A DNA stretch of 64,000 nucleotides from Gammaproteobacteria bacterium (GTDB lineage Bacteria; Pseudomonadota; Gammaproteobacteria; UBA4575). The notes under the pieces were generated by a model, which saw nothing but the letters and a program-made list of their open reading frames with translations, was not told the origin of the DNA and did not search any database. Positions 21,725 through 32,006 of this stretch are shown here, in pieces (positions within the stretch are counted from its first letter, which is position 1; every line of letters starts with the position of its first letter). A program made the position numbers and the translations under genes. The stretch lies in contig CBDEUS010000002.1 of assembly GCA_965243395.1 (NCBI GenBank), positions 910,491-974,490 on the forward strand, given 5' to 3'.

Positions 21725-21774
21725 TCGACAAAAAACTTTAAGCTTTAACTTCTAAACGAAATCAAAAAATCGTC

Positions 21775-22158
21775 ATGACATCAAGCCGTCCATACTTATT
21801 AAGAGCAATGTATGAGTGGATTGTCGATAATGGTATGACGCCATATGTTTTGGTCGATACACGAAATGATCAAGTTAAGATCCCCCGACAATATGAAGAA
21901 GACGGCAAAATTGTATTAAATATCGGTCCAGCAGCTGTAGGATCACTAGATATAAACAATCAGGCTTTAAGTTTTGATGCTAGGTTTGATGGCGATTCTA
22001 TGGATATATATGTTCCTATGGAATTTATTTTAGCAATTTATACACGTGAAAATGGACAAGGAATGATGTTTGCTGATGAAGACATGCCACCCCCTGGGGA
22101 TGATTCAGAACAAGGTTCAGGAAAACAAAAGCAGCCTCATCTTCGTGTTGTAAAATGA
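21775..22158 (+). CDS. sspB: ClpXP adaptor protein SspB
   Basis: The 127-aa ORF matches the SspB family and ends with a C-terminal LRVVK ClpX-binding tail. Confidence 0.85.
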   Translation: MTSSRPYLLRAMYEWIVDNGMTPYVLVDTRNDQVKIPRQYEEDGKIVLNIGPAAVGSLDINNQALSFDARFDGDSMDIYVPMEFILAIYTRENGQGMMFADEDMPPPGDDSEQGSGKQKQPHLRVVK

Positions 22159-22679
22159 TTAAAATTTTACAAGACGATATCACAATTTTAAAAATTGATG
22201 CCATTGTAAATGCGGCAAACAATAGTTTGCTCGGTGGTGGTGGAGTAGATGGCGCTATCCATAAAGCTGCGGGTCCTGAACTTCTAGAATTTAATAAAAC
22301 TTTAAATGGCTGTGAAACAGGTGAAGCAAAAATTTCTCCCGGTTTCAAACTTCCTGCAAATTGGATCATTCATACAGTAGGACCGGTGTGGCAAGGCGGT
22401 AATCAAGGTGAACCTGAATTGCTTGCACAGTGTTATAAAAATAGTTTTGAACTTGCTCTCGAAAATCAAATTAAATCTATCGCTTTTCCAGCAATCAGTA
22501 CAGGAGTGTATGGATATCCAAAACAGGCTGCAGCGCTAATTGCAATTCAACAGTTACAAAATTTTGATGAAAAATTTGATGAGGTAATTGCTTGCTGTTT
22601 TAGCGAAGTGGATGTAGAGATTTATGAGAGATTATTAGCTGAGTATAGATCTTACGAATATGAGTCAAATCATGGGTGA
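22155..22679 (+). CDS. macro domain protein (O-acetyl-ADP-ribose deacetylase, YmdB-like)
   Basis: The 174-aa ORF has the macro-domain motifs [24 protein letters not shown]. Its start overlaps the sspB stop. Confidence 0.8.
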   Translation: MIKILQDDITILKIDAIVNAANNSLLGGGGVDGAIHKAAGPELLEFNKTLNGCETGEAKISPGFKLPANWIIHTVGPVWQGGNQGEPELLAQCYKNSFELALENQIKSIAFPAISTGVYGYPKQAAALIAIQQLQNFDEKFDEVIACCFSEVDVEIYERLLAEYRSYEYESNHG

Positions 22680-22751
22680 TTTGTATTTCTAATGACTTTA
22701 ATCTGAAACAACATCCCTGTTGTTACTCTTATTCGCACATCCATATGCTCA

Positions 22752-24125
22752 CTACGGTAGTGTCTTTCCGGGATTTAGAATGTTATTGGGGTCAAACTGT
22801 TGTTTGATTTTATGCATTAAAGAAAGTGTTGCAGCATCAATTTCTTGAGATACAAATTCGCGTTTAGTTAATCCCACCCCATGTTCACCTGAAAGTGTGC
22901 CGCCTAGTTTTAATACCTGTTCAAAAACTTCGCTTAAACATGTTTTAGCTGCAGCCTCTTGCTTATTTGCGTCATATAAAAGATTGACATGTAAGTTACC
23001 ATTGCCTGCATGACCAAAATTAAAAATTGCAATGTCATGTTTTTTGCTTAATTTTTCAAGTTCAATTAATAGCGCGGGTAATTGAGTAACAGGCACCACT
23101 ACATCTTCGTTAATTTTGTTTGGAGCAAAACTACGCAAAGCAGGAGACAATACTTTACGTGCTGCCCACAAGTCCGTTTTTTGTTTTGTATCTTCAGCGG
23201 TTTGAAGTTCGATGCACCCATTATTTTGTGCTGCATTCAATACTGCCTCTGTGCTAACTGCAATACTTTTCTTGAGGCCATCCACTTCTATCATCAACAT
23301 CGCTTGTGCTTGAGGATTTATCTCAAGACTGGAATGCTGACGAATTAAGTTCAGTGACCCAGTGTCAATAAACTCCAACGCATACGGTAATGTGTTTTGT
23401 GCGAGCATATTGATGACAGCATCAATTGCAGCACCGGTGTTTTTATAAAGTGCACGAACAGTATTAATATGCTGCGGTTTAGGATGAAGTTTTAATCGTG
23501 CTTCAGTAATAACACCTAAGGTTCCTTCGCTGCCTATTAGTAAGCGAGTGAGATCTAATCCTACAACACCTTTTGTGGTTGCGCTGCCGGTATGGATAGT
23601 TTCGCCTGTTCCTGTAACGACTTTAAGGCCCAAAGTATTTTCTCTACAAGTTCCAAATTTCACAGCGCGAGGTCCAGCAGCATTGCAAGCCAAATTACCA
23701 CCCACAGTACAATAATCTGCGCTACTCGGGTCGGGTGGCCAAAATAAATTTTGCTCAGTTGCACATTTTTGAATGTCTGCATTTATTACACCCGGCTCTA
23801 CCCGCATGTTTCGATTATCAATATCCAATTCGATTATTTGATTCATACGTTCCGTTGATAGTACGACACCAGACTGCACGGGAACGGCAGCACCTGTGGT
23901 CCCAGTACCACGTCCTCTTGTGGTAAGTGGAATGTAATGTTCATTGCAAATTTTTACACAGCTTACAATTTGTTCGTGTTTTGTAGGAAGTAAAACAAGA
24001 TCAGGACAAGCATGTTGCTTGCTGTTGTCATAGCCATAGGCCCAGCACTCACCTTGATCAGTAAGTACAGCATTTTTACCACAAGCTTCAATAAATTTGT
24101 TTGTAATGTGTGAATCTAAAGCCAC
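22752..24125 (-). CDS. FAD-linked oxidase (GlcD / D-lactate / D-2-hydroxyglutarate dehydrogenase family)
   Basis: The 457-aa ORF has an FAD-binding PCMH domain at the N-terminus and an FAD-oxidase C-terminal domain. No glcE or glcF partner is adjacent. Confidence 0.8.
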   Translation of the reverse strand: MALDSHITNKFIEACGKNAVLTDQGECWAYGYDNSKQHACPDLVLLPTKHEQIVSCVKICNEHYIPLTTRGRGTGTTGAAVPVQSGVVLSTERMNQIIELDIDNRNMRVEPGVINADIQKCATEQNLFWPPDPSSADYCTVGGNLACNAAGPRAVKFGTCRENTLGLKVVTGTGETIHTGSATTKGVVGLDLTRLLIGSEGTLGVITEARLKLHPKPQHINTVRALYKNTGAAIDAVINMLAQNTLPYALEFIDTGSLNLIRQHSSLEINPQAQAMLMIEVDGLKKSIAVSTEAVLNAAQNNGCIELQTAEDTKQKTDLWAARKVLSPALRSFAPNKINEDVVVPVTQLPALLIELEKLSKKHDIAIFNFGHAGNGNLHVNLLYDANKQEAAAKTCLSEVFEQVLKLGGTLSGEHGVGLTKREFVSQEIDAATLSLMHKIKQQFDPNNILNPGKTLP

Positions 24126-24139
24126 GTTTAACTAAACGT

Positions 24140-25085
<946 letters not shown>

Positions 25086-25092
25086 GCATCAT

Positions 25093-27024
25093 TTACTGGT
25101 TGGGCTCTAATCGTGCTGAATAATCGGGTATTGAACCTAATGTTTCTGGTTTGCCTTTATTAAATTTAGCCCATACGAGTTCGCGATAAATTCTATTTTG
25201 TGAATCAATACTTAACTTCCCTGTGGTGCCATCATAACGGTCAAATTCATTTGCAGCTAAGCGTTGTAAATGTGGAATCACTCGGTACGCATCAATTCCT
25301 AAAGCTGCGAAGCGTGGCAATCTAGAAGAGCTACTAGAGGCCTGTAAATCCAAGGAGTCTTTTAGTAATGCTATCGAAGGGTCATCAGTCAGTAACCAAG
25401 GTACATCGCAATATGTAATACCATTAATATCCTGGTCAGCAGAAATGTTTTCATTTCCAGAATAAACATGTGAAGTAGCAAATACAGGCAAATCAGAGGC
25501 AAAGTGATAACTTAACTGAGGGCGAATTAATCGCGCTTGTTGTGGTGATGCTGCAATGAAAACAAAGTCTGCATCTTGCCGTCGTCTTGGCTCAAATTCT
25601 ACTTCGGCTTTAATTATCGATTGCACATTGCGTCGACGAAATTCGCTTTGATTGAGTTGTAATAAAGATTTAATAGCAACAGAGTAATCTGCATCTTGTG
25701 GAAAATAGCGTTCAGACTGCAACACTGTACCGCCTAATTCAAGAAAGCGACTGGAAAAAGCAGATAATAAACGCGTACCCCATTCACCTTCAGGAACGAG
25801 TACTAATGCAGTACTTTTATTTTCAAAAGCTGCGCGTTCAGCAACTTGTTTTGCTTCATCCTCAGGTAGCAAACCAAATTGGTATAAATTATTGGCACCT
25901 GTTAATACATTGCCTGAGTAATTCAAAGATAATGTTGGCACAGGTAATGTGCCTTGGCTTGCCAATGAGCGTACAGCATCTTTTTGGAATGGCCCAATGA
26001 TAAATTCGGCCCCTTCAGATACGGCACGGCGATAATAACTTACTGCTGATATAGGGTCATCGCCGGTGTCATAAACTACAAGTTCGGGTGGCGGGTTAAA
26101 TGCTTCATCAAATTCACGTGCCGTAATAACACCTGAGTATACAGCTTCGGCAACTTTGCCATAACGTCCAGTGAGCGGTAATAGCAGCGCGATTTTATTT
26201 GGCGCTATATGAAAAGCTGCATAATCCTGATTGACTGAGTCAATAATATGATTGGGGATGCGGTGTCCTGAGAATCTCTTTCTCCATTGCTGAATGGCAT
26301 TATCAATGGATGCCTGGTTTGCATGGGGTTGCTTTTGTATAGCTACTAAGCCTAACCAAGCGGCAAGTTCGAAATTATTATTGTTTTGTGACCATGAATG
26401 TAATTCTTCAGTATGAGTGTTAAGCAGCGACTGCCATATGAGCTCATTATTTTTTTTCAATTGTGCTGGTTTTTTCAATAAATTATTTAACGCAATGCGT
26501 GTTTCGATAGATTGCTTGACTTGACCTACACTATTGAGAGCTTTAGCGCGAACAGCGAATAAATGTGGATTATATTTGTCTGAAAGATTAATTAATTTTT
26601 CTGGTACGGCATTGAGTGCGAGCTGTGGCTGTCCATTCAATAATGCTAATTCAGCCGTTGCCACACGTTTGCGAACAAATAGATCTTGATTTAACGTGCT
26701 TTCATCAATTGCGCTTAAATATTGTTGAGCTTGAATTTTGGTCTCTGGTTGCAACACAGCTTCAGCCGCTCTAATTTGTAATGCTTCTTTTTGAGGTGAT
26801 GGTTGATTCTCAGACTCAGACCAAAAAATAGCCGCAGCTTCTTGATACTTGCCTTCGCTAAGAAGCTTTTCGGCTTTGCGTGTTTGTGCATTGCCAGTGT
26901 TAAATACTTTGCTTGAGTCGAGAGAAAAATCAGCACAACTTGAAAGCATGAGCACAGCAAATAATGTTATAAATGCCAGTGCAAAAGAACTTTTTAATGA
27001 GTTTGGGTGTTGGGTTATTTGCAT
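25093..27024 (-). CDS. lpoA: penicillin-binding protein activator LpoA
   Basis: The 643-aa ORF has a lipoprotein-like N-terminus (LMLSSC), an N-terminal TPR region and a C-terminal periplasmic-binding-like domain. It is divergent from rsmI as in E. coli. Confidence 0.8.
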   Translation of the reverse strand: MQITQHPNSLKSSFALAFITLFAVLMLSSCADFSLDSSKVFNTGNAQTRKAEKLLSEGKYQEAAAIFWSESENQPSPQKEALQIRAAEAVLQPETKIQAQQYLSAIDESTLNQDLFVRKRVATAELALLNGQPQLALNAVPEKLINLSDKYNPHLFAVRAKALNSVGQVKQSIETRIALNNLLKKPAQLKKNNELIWQSLLNTHTEELHSWSQNNNNFELAAWLGLVAIQKQPHANQASIDNAIQQWRKRFSGHRIPNHIIDSVNQDYAAFHIAPNKIALLLPLTGRYGKVAEAVYSGVITAREFDEAFNPPPELVVYDTGDDPISAVSYYRRAVSEGAEFIIGPFQKDAVRSLASQGTLPVPTLSLNYSGNVLTGANNLYQFGLLPEDEAKQVAERAAFENKSTALVLVPEGEWGTRLLSAFSSRFLELGGTVLQSERYFPQDADYSVAIKSLLQLNQSEFRRRNVQSIIKAEVEFEPRRRQDADFVFIAASPQQARLIRPQLSYHFASDLPVFATSHVYSGNENISADQDINGITYCDVPWLLTDDPSIALLKDSLDLQASSSSSRLPRFAALGIDAYRVIPHLQRLAANEFDRYDGTTGKLSIDSQNRIYRELVWAKFNKGKPETLGSIPDYSARLEPNQ

Positions 27025-27056
27025 TAATATGTCTGCTTTAAATTTCTAATTAATAT

Positions 27057-27908
27057 ATGAGTGATTCAGGCACTTTGTACATTATTGCTACGCCTATAGG
27101 TAATCTTGCAGATATTTCTCTGCGAGCGTTAGACACTATAAAGGCTGTTAAGGTTTTATATGCCGAAGATACTCGAGTGACTCAACACTTATTAGAGCAC
27201 TATGGTATCCAAGCTAAATTGCTGTCGCTACATGATTTTAATGAATCTAAGAGGATATCTTCAGTTATTGAGTACCTGCAAGCAGGAAATGATGTTGGTC
27301 TAGTATCTGATGCGGGAACTCCGCTTATAAGTGATCCAGGATATAAATTGGTGGCGACCGTACAGGATGCGGGATTTGATGTACGCGCAATACCTGGGGC
27401 GAGTGCACTGACAGCGGCACTTTCGGTATGTGGTTTACCAACCGATCGCTTTGTATTCGAAGGGTTTCTGCCTAAAACTGCCAACGATCGGTCTAAACGA
27501 TTAGCTATGTTGAAGTTTGAATCTCGTACGATGGTATTTTATGAATCACCGCAACGTATAGAAGCATCTATACAATCTTGTATCGAAACAATGGGGGGTG
27601 ATCGCAAAGCAGCATTATTACGTGAAATGACAAAACACTACGAACAACATTTTTGTGCTGATTTGAATACTATTCAGCAGCAGCTCGCGGGTCAAAAAGA
27701 AAAACTGCGAGGTGAGATGGTGTTGATTTTGCGTGGTAATGATTCGCAACAGGGCGAGGCCGAAATTGAAAAAGCCATGAAACTATTAGTGGACTTACAG
27801 CAGCATATATCATTTAAAGACGCGGTTACTCTTGTGGCAAAACATACGGGTGTACGACGTAATCAGCTTTATTCTCATGGTCTAAAAGATAATTCTAATA
27901 ATGAGTGA
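27057..27908 (+). CDS. rsmI: 16S rRNA (cytidine1402-2'-O)-methyltransferase
   Basis: The 283-aa ORF is a tetrapyrrole-methylase-fold protein matching the RsmI family. Confidence 0.9.
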   Translation: MSDSGTLYIIATPIGNLADISLRALDTIKAVKVLYAEDTRVTQHLLEHYGIQAKLLSLHDFNESKRISSVIEYLQAGNDVGLVSDAGTPLISDPGYKLVATVQDAGFDVRAIPGASALTAALSVCGLPTDRFVFEGFLPKTANDRSKRLAMLKFESRTMVFYESPQRIEASIQSCIETMGGDRKAALLREMTKHYEQHFCADLNTIQQQLAGQKEKLRGEMVLILRGNDSQQGEAEIEKAMKLLVDLQQHISFKDAVTLVAKHTGVRRNQLYSHGLKDNSNNE

Positions 27909-27928
27909 GAGATGTTATCTTGTATAGC

Positions 27929-28315
27929 GGAGTTAGCTAAGCAGTCGCTGCTCCACTTAATTTGATGGAGCATATGTTTTCCACCAAATTAAGTGGGGCA
28001 GAGGAAAGTCCGGGCTCTATGGGCAAGGTGCCAGGTAACGCCTGGAGAACGTGAGTTCATGGAAAGTGCAACAGAAAGTAAACCGCCTAAGTTTTTAATT
28101 TGGGCAAGGGTGAAAAGGTGTGGTAAGAGCGCACCGCACAACTGGTAACAGGAGTGGCAAGGTAAACCCCACCCAGAGCAAGACCAAATAGAGGGGCAAG
28201 GAGCAATCCAGCGCATGGCCCGTGCGGTCCCCGGGTAGGTTGCTCGAGGCTTGTGGTGACATAAGCCCTAGATGAATGACTGCTCTCGACAGAACCCGGC
28301 TTATCGGCTAACTCC
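27929..28315 (+). ncRNA. rnpB: RNase P RNA (bacterial type A)
   Basis: It has a P1 pairing between GGAGTTAGC and GCTAACTCC. The conserved blocks GAGGAAAGTCCGGGCTC, GGTGCCAGGTAACGCCTGG, GGTAAGAGCGCACC and ACAGAACCCGGCTTATCGG are present. It lies between rsmI and mraZ as in other gammaproteobacteria. Confidence 0.9.
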
Positions 28316-28571
28316 AATTCAAGGCTGGCCATAGCTTTTCGTGTGTGCAGGATTGTGCTGAGCGAGCATGAAATATATCGCTACCCCCTATTCTTAATCT
28401 AAATTATCACTATTCTCGTTTAAACCTTCAGAATCCCGTAAGTTAATCGCAAAATACCTTGTATTTTTCAGGGTATAAAGTGTCTTAACTATCTGTCTTA
28501 TAAGAAATTTTTTAGCATTTTTCTATTTAATTACTTGCAATCCGACGGGCTCGTTTCTATAGTGTCAAAAA

Positions 28572-28600
28572 GTGGGAAATTGTGGGAAAACATGGAATAA
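28572..28600 (+). promoter_or_regulatory. MraZ-type operator: direct repeats GTGGGAAATT-GTGGGAAAAC-ATGGAATAAA at 10-bp periodicity upstream of mraZ
   Basis: Three repeats phased at 10 bp sit about 20 nt upstream of the mraZ start. This resembles the E. coli Pmra MraZ binding repeats (TGGGN series). Confidence 0.5.
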
Positions 28601-28619
28601 ATGTTCGTGACGAATACGT

Positions 28620-29072
28620 ATGTTTCAAGGAATCAACGATCTCAATTTGGATGCCAAAGGCCGTATGTCATTGCCTGCTCGATATCGCGACAGCATACAA
28701 GAAAGTTGTACAGGCAGTTTAGTGATAACCGTTGATGTAGATCGCTGTTTACTGATTTACCCACAACCCGAATGGCATGTAATTCAACAAAAATTAATGC
28801 AGTTGCCAAGTATCAATAAACAAGTACGACGCTTACAACGTTTGTTACTTGGCCACGCAACAGAATGTGATGTGGATGGTAGTTATCGAATTTTATTGCC
28901 TCCACCACTGAGGAACTTTGCTAATTTGACAAAGCATGCTGTGCTGATTGGTCAAGGTAATAAGTTCGAGCTTTGGGATCAAGAAACATGGGAGAAAATG
29001 CGAGAGCGTTGGATTAAAGAGGAAAATAAATTAAGTGATATATCGGAAGCACTTGAAACACTCTCGATTTAA
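28620..29072 (+). CDS. mraZ: transcriptional regulator MraZ
   Basis: The 150-aa ORF has duplicated SpoVT/AbrB-like halves, matching the MraZ family. Confidence 0.9.
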   Translation: MFQGINDLNLDAKGRMSLPARYRDSIQESCTGSLVITVDVDRCLLIYPQPEWHVIQQKLMQLPSINKQVRRLQRLLLGHATECDVDGSYRILLPPPLRNFANLTKHAVLIGQGNKFELWDQETWEKMRERWIKEENKLSDISEALETLSI

Positions 29073-29074
29073 TA

Positions 29075-30010
29075 ATGAATGATGCCAAGTATGCGCATCA
29101 ACCAGTATTGCTGGCAGAAGCTATAGAAGCTTTAAATATAAATCCAAATGGAAAATATATCGATTGTACATTTGGACGCGGAGGTCATAGCCAAGAAATA
29201 TTAAATAGATTGAGCAAACAAGGAAAATTACTTGCAATTGATCAAGACGCAGAAGCTATTGAGTATGGTAAAAAAAAATTTAACAACGACTCACGAATTA
29301 TATTAACGCAAGTTAATTTTTCGAAAATTTTACAAGTGGCAAAAAAAAATAATTTTGATGATGGTGTGCAAGGTATCTTATTTGATTTAGGTGTTTCATC
29401 ACCACAGTTAGATAATGCAATGAGGGGTTTTAGTTTTATGAAAGACGGCCCATTAGATATGCGTATGGATACTACGCAAGGTTTAAGCGCAGCTGAATGG
29501 CTGCAAAAAGTAAATGTGCCTACATTGACTAAAGTATTAAAAGAATATGGTCAAGAACGATTTAGTAACAAAATAGCCAAAGCGATTGCTAGGCAAAGAG
29601 AGGAAGCTCCCATACAAACTACCAAGCAGTTAGCTGATCTTGTGCTTAAAGCTGTTGGACGAGCACGCGAACATAAACACCCAGCAACACGCACATTCCA
29701 AGCTATACGAATTTATATCAACAGAGAATTGGAAACTTTGACAACAGCTTTGGATGATTGTCTTAGTTTGTTAGCAGATACAGGACGTTTATTGGTAATC
29801 ACTTTTCATTCGCTTGAAGACCAAGTTGTAAAGAATTTGTTGCGTAAACATAGTAACGCTCTTTTGCCACGTAAGTTGCCTGTAATCGATGAGCGTAAAT
29901 TGAAATTAAATAGAGTATGTAAAGCAATTAAACCAAGTGAAGATGAAATAGCTAGTAATCCTAGATCAAGAAGCTCGAAGCTTCACGTGTTGGAATGGGT
30001 TAAATGTTAG
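29075..30010 (+). CDS. rsmH: 16S rRNA (cytosine1402-N4)-methyltransferase
   Basis: The 311-aa ORF matches the MraW family. Confidence 0.95.
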   Translation: MNDAKYAHQPVLLAEAIEALNINPNGKYIDCTFGRGGHSQEILNRLSKQGKLLAIDQDAEAIEYGKKKFNNDSRIILTQVNFSKILQVAKKNNFDDGVQGILFDLGVSSPQLDNAMRGFSFMKDGPLDMRMDTTQGLSAAEWLQKVNVPTLTKVLKEYGQERFSNKIAKAIARQREEAPIQTTKQLADLVLKAVGRAREHKHPATRTFQAIRIYINRELETLTTALDDCLSLLADTGRLLVITFHSLEDQVVKNLLRKHSNALLPRKLPVIDERKLKLNRVCKAIKPSEDEIASNPRSRSSKLHVLEWVKC

Positions 30011-30276
30011 GGCGTGTGTTATTAGTGCTGGTGTTATTTGTTGCGAATGTGGCCACAGGTGTTGGTGTTGTTTATTCTAAACACTCTATGCGTAAGTCAT
30101 TCATAGAATTGCAGGCTATGCAAAATAGCTTTGATGAATTGCAAGTTGAATGGGGTCGTTTTCAATTAGAGCAAAGTGCATGGGCGACTCATGGCAGAGT
30201 TGAAAAAATTGCACGTGAAAAATTAAATATGGATTTAGTGCATAAAGAAAGACTTATATTTCTTAAGACAGATTAA
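30004..30276 (+). CDS. ftsL: cell division protein FtsL
   Basis: The 90-aa ORF has a single TM helix and a coiled-coil. It sits between rsmH and ftsI. Confidence 0.8.
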   Translation: MLGRVLLVLVLFVANVATGVGVVYSKHSMRKSFIELQAMQNSFDELQVEWGRFQLEQSAWATHGRVEKIAREKLNMDLVHKERLIFLKTD

Positions 30277-30284
30277 TTTTAAAA

Positions 30285-32003
30285 ATGAAGAAAAATCCAA
30301 TTTTTCCAGCACGCCGAATATTTTTGTTGTCTATGTTTGTAATTGGTCTCGGTGGTTTGTTTGTAAGATCAGTTTATTTACAACTATTCGAGCACGAGTT
30401 TTTAGAGGAGGAAGGTAAGGCGCGCCATCTGCGAGTAGTCGAAATTCCTGCCCACCGTGGCATGATTTTAGATCGAAATGGGGAGCTACTCGCAGTGAGC
30501 ACGCCTATACACTCTGTGTGGGCTAATCCGTTGGAAGCATTACAGAGCCACAAAGCTATTCGTAATCTTGCCCTTATCCTTGATATGAATGCGGACCGCT
30601 TAATTAAAAAGTTGCAAGGTAAAAAAGATCGTCAATTCTTATATGTGAAACGACACATTGGTCCACAACAGGCTGAAAAATTAAAACAATTAAATAGTAA
30701 AGGTATCCATCTACAGCGCGAATATCGTCGCTATTATCCAACTGCAGAAGTTAGTTCTCATCTTTTAGGATTTACAGATATTGATGATAAAGGGTTAGAA
30801 GGAATCGAACTTGCATACGAGCAATGGTTGCGAGGTCAACCGGGTGCAAAAAAAGTTATTAAGGATTCTTACAATCGAATTGTTGAAGACGTTGAGGCGA
30901 TGAAAATACCAGAACCTGGGAAAGATATCGTACTTAGTATCGATAGAAGAATTCAATACCTTGCTTACCGAGAACTAAAAGCCAATCATTCTAAACATCG
31001 TGCTAAAGCTGCTTCCGCTGTTTTAATTGATGCCAGAACGGGGGAGGTGTTGGCAATGGCAAATACGCCCGCATTTAATCCAAATAATCGTACTGGTTAT
31101 AGTCGTGGCACATATCGTAATCGAGCAGTTACGGATGTTTATGAACCTGGTTCAACAATAAAACCTTTTACGATCGCATCAGCATTAGAGTCACAGCGTT
31201 ATTCTCAAAATACGATTATTGATACCTCTCCGGGTGAATATCAGATTGGTGAGTTTACGATTCGCGATCATAAGGATTATGGCGCACTTTCGGTAAGTGA
31301 AATTATTCTTAAATCGAGTAATGTTGGTGCGACAAAAATTGCGCAAACTATTCCTGCACAAGAATTATGGTCTACTTTTAGTGCAATCGGGATTGGTCAT
31401 TCAACAGAATCTGGTTTTCCTGGTGAAGTTTCAGGACACTTAAAATATTTCCAGGACTGGCGCAAAGTGGAACATGCCACGATGTCTTATGGTTATGGCA
31501 TGTCGATGACGAGTTTGCAGCTTGCAAGATCTTACATGGTGTTAGCGTCAGGTGGGCAGTTACTACCTATTTCCATGCTACGAAAATCTGAAAAAGAGCT
31601 TGCCGAAATGAGCAAAACTCCTGCCATCTTTTCGCCACAAACAGTTGATAAAGTTGTCAGCATGTTGACTGCTGTGGTGTCCGATGAAGGCACCGGTTCA
31701 CGTGCAGCAATACCTGGATACAGTGTGGCAGGTAAAACGGGCACGGTGCATAAATCTTCTAAAGGCGGCTATGAAGAAGATAAGTATATTTCAGTATTTG
31801 CAGGTATGGCGCCCGCGAGTGATCCAAAATTGGTGTTGGTTGTCATGGTAAATCAACCAAATAGAGGAGTTTATTTCGGTGGCGAAGTAGCGGCACCTAT
31901 TTTTTCTAAGATCATGGGAGGTGCTTTACGCATCCTTAATATTTCACCAGATCGAGTGCCTTTACAGGCAAATGTTGAGCAATCTCAAAATCATGCTGGT
32001 TAG
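30285..32003 (+). CDS. ftsI: peptidoglycan D,D-transpeptidase FtsI (PBP3)
   Basis: The 572-aa ORF has the transpeptidase motifs STIKP, SSN and KTGT. Confidence 0.9.
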   Translation: MKKNPIFPARRIFLLSMFVIGLGGLFVRSVYLQLFEHEFLEEEGKARHLRVVEIPAHRGMILDRNGELLAVSTPIHSVWANPLEALQSHKAIRNLALILDMNADRLIKKLQGKKDRQFLYVKRHIGPQQAEKLKQLNSKGIHLQREYRRYYPTAEVSSHLLGFTDIDDKGLEGIELAYEQWLRGQPGAKKVIKDSYNRIVEDVEAMKIPEPGKDIVLSIDRRIQYLAYRELKANHSKHRAKAASAVLIDARTGEVLAMANTPAFNPNNRTGYSRGTYRNRAVTDVYEPGSTIKPFTIASALESQRYSQNTIIDTSPGEYQIGEFTIRDHKDYGALSVSEIILKSSNVGATKIAQTIPAQELWSTFSAIGIGHSTESGFPGEVSGHLKYFQDWRKVEHATMSYGYGMSMTSLQLARSYMVLASGGQLLPISMLRKSEKELAEMSKTPAIFSPQTVDKVVSMLTAVVSDEGTGSRAAIPGYSVAGKTGTVHKSSKGGYEEDKYISVFAGMAPASDPKLVLVVMVNQPNRGVYFGGEVAAPIFSKIMGGALRILNISPDRVPLQANVEQSQNHAG

Positions 32004-32006
32004 TGT

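Noticed and set aside
27989-28332. Two overlapping minus-strand ORFs of 75 and 81 aa
   Set aside because: They lie entirely within the RNase P RNA gene (rnpB). They are chance ORFs in structured RNA.
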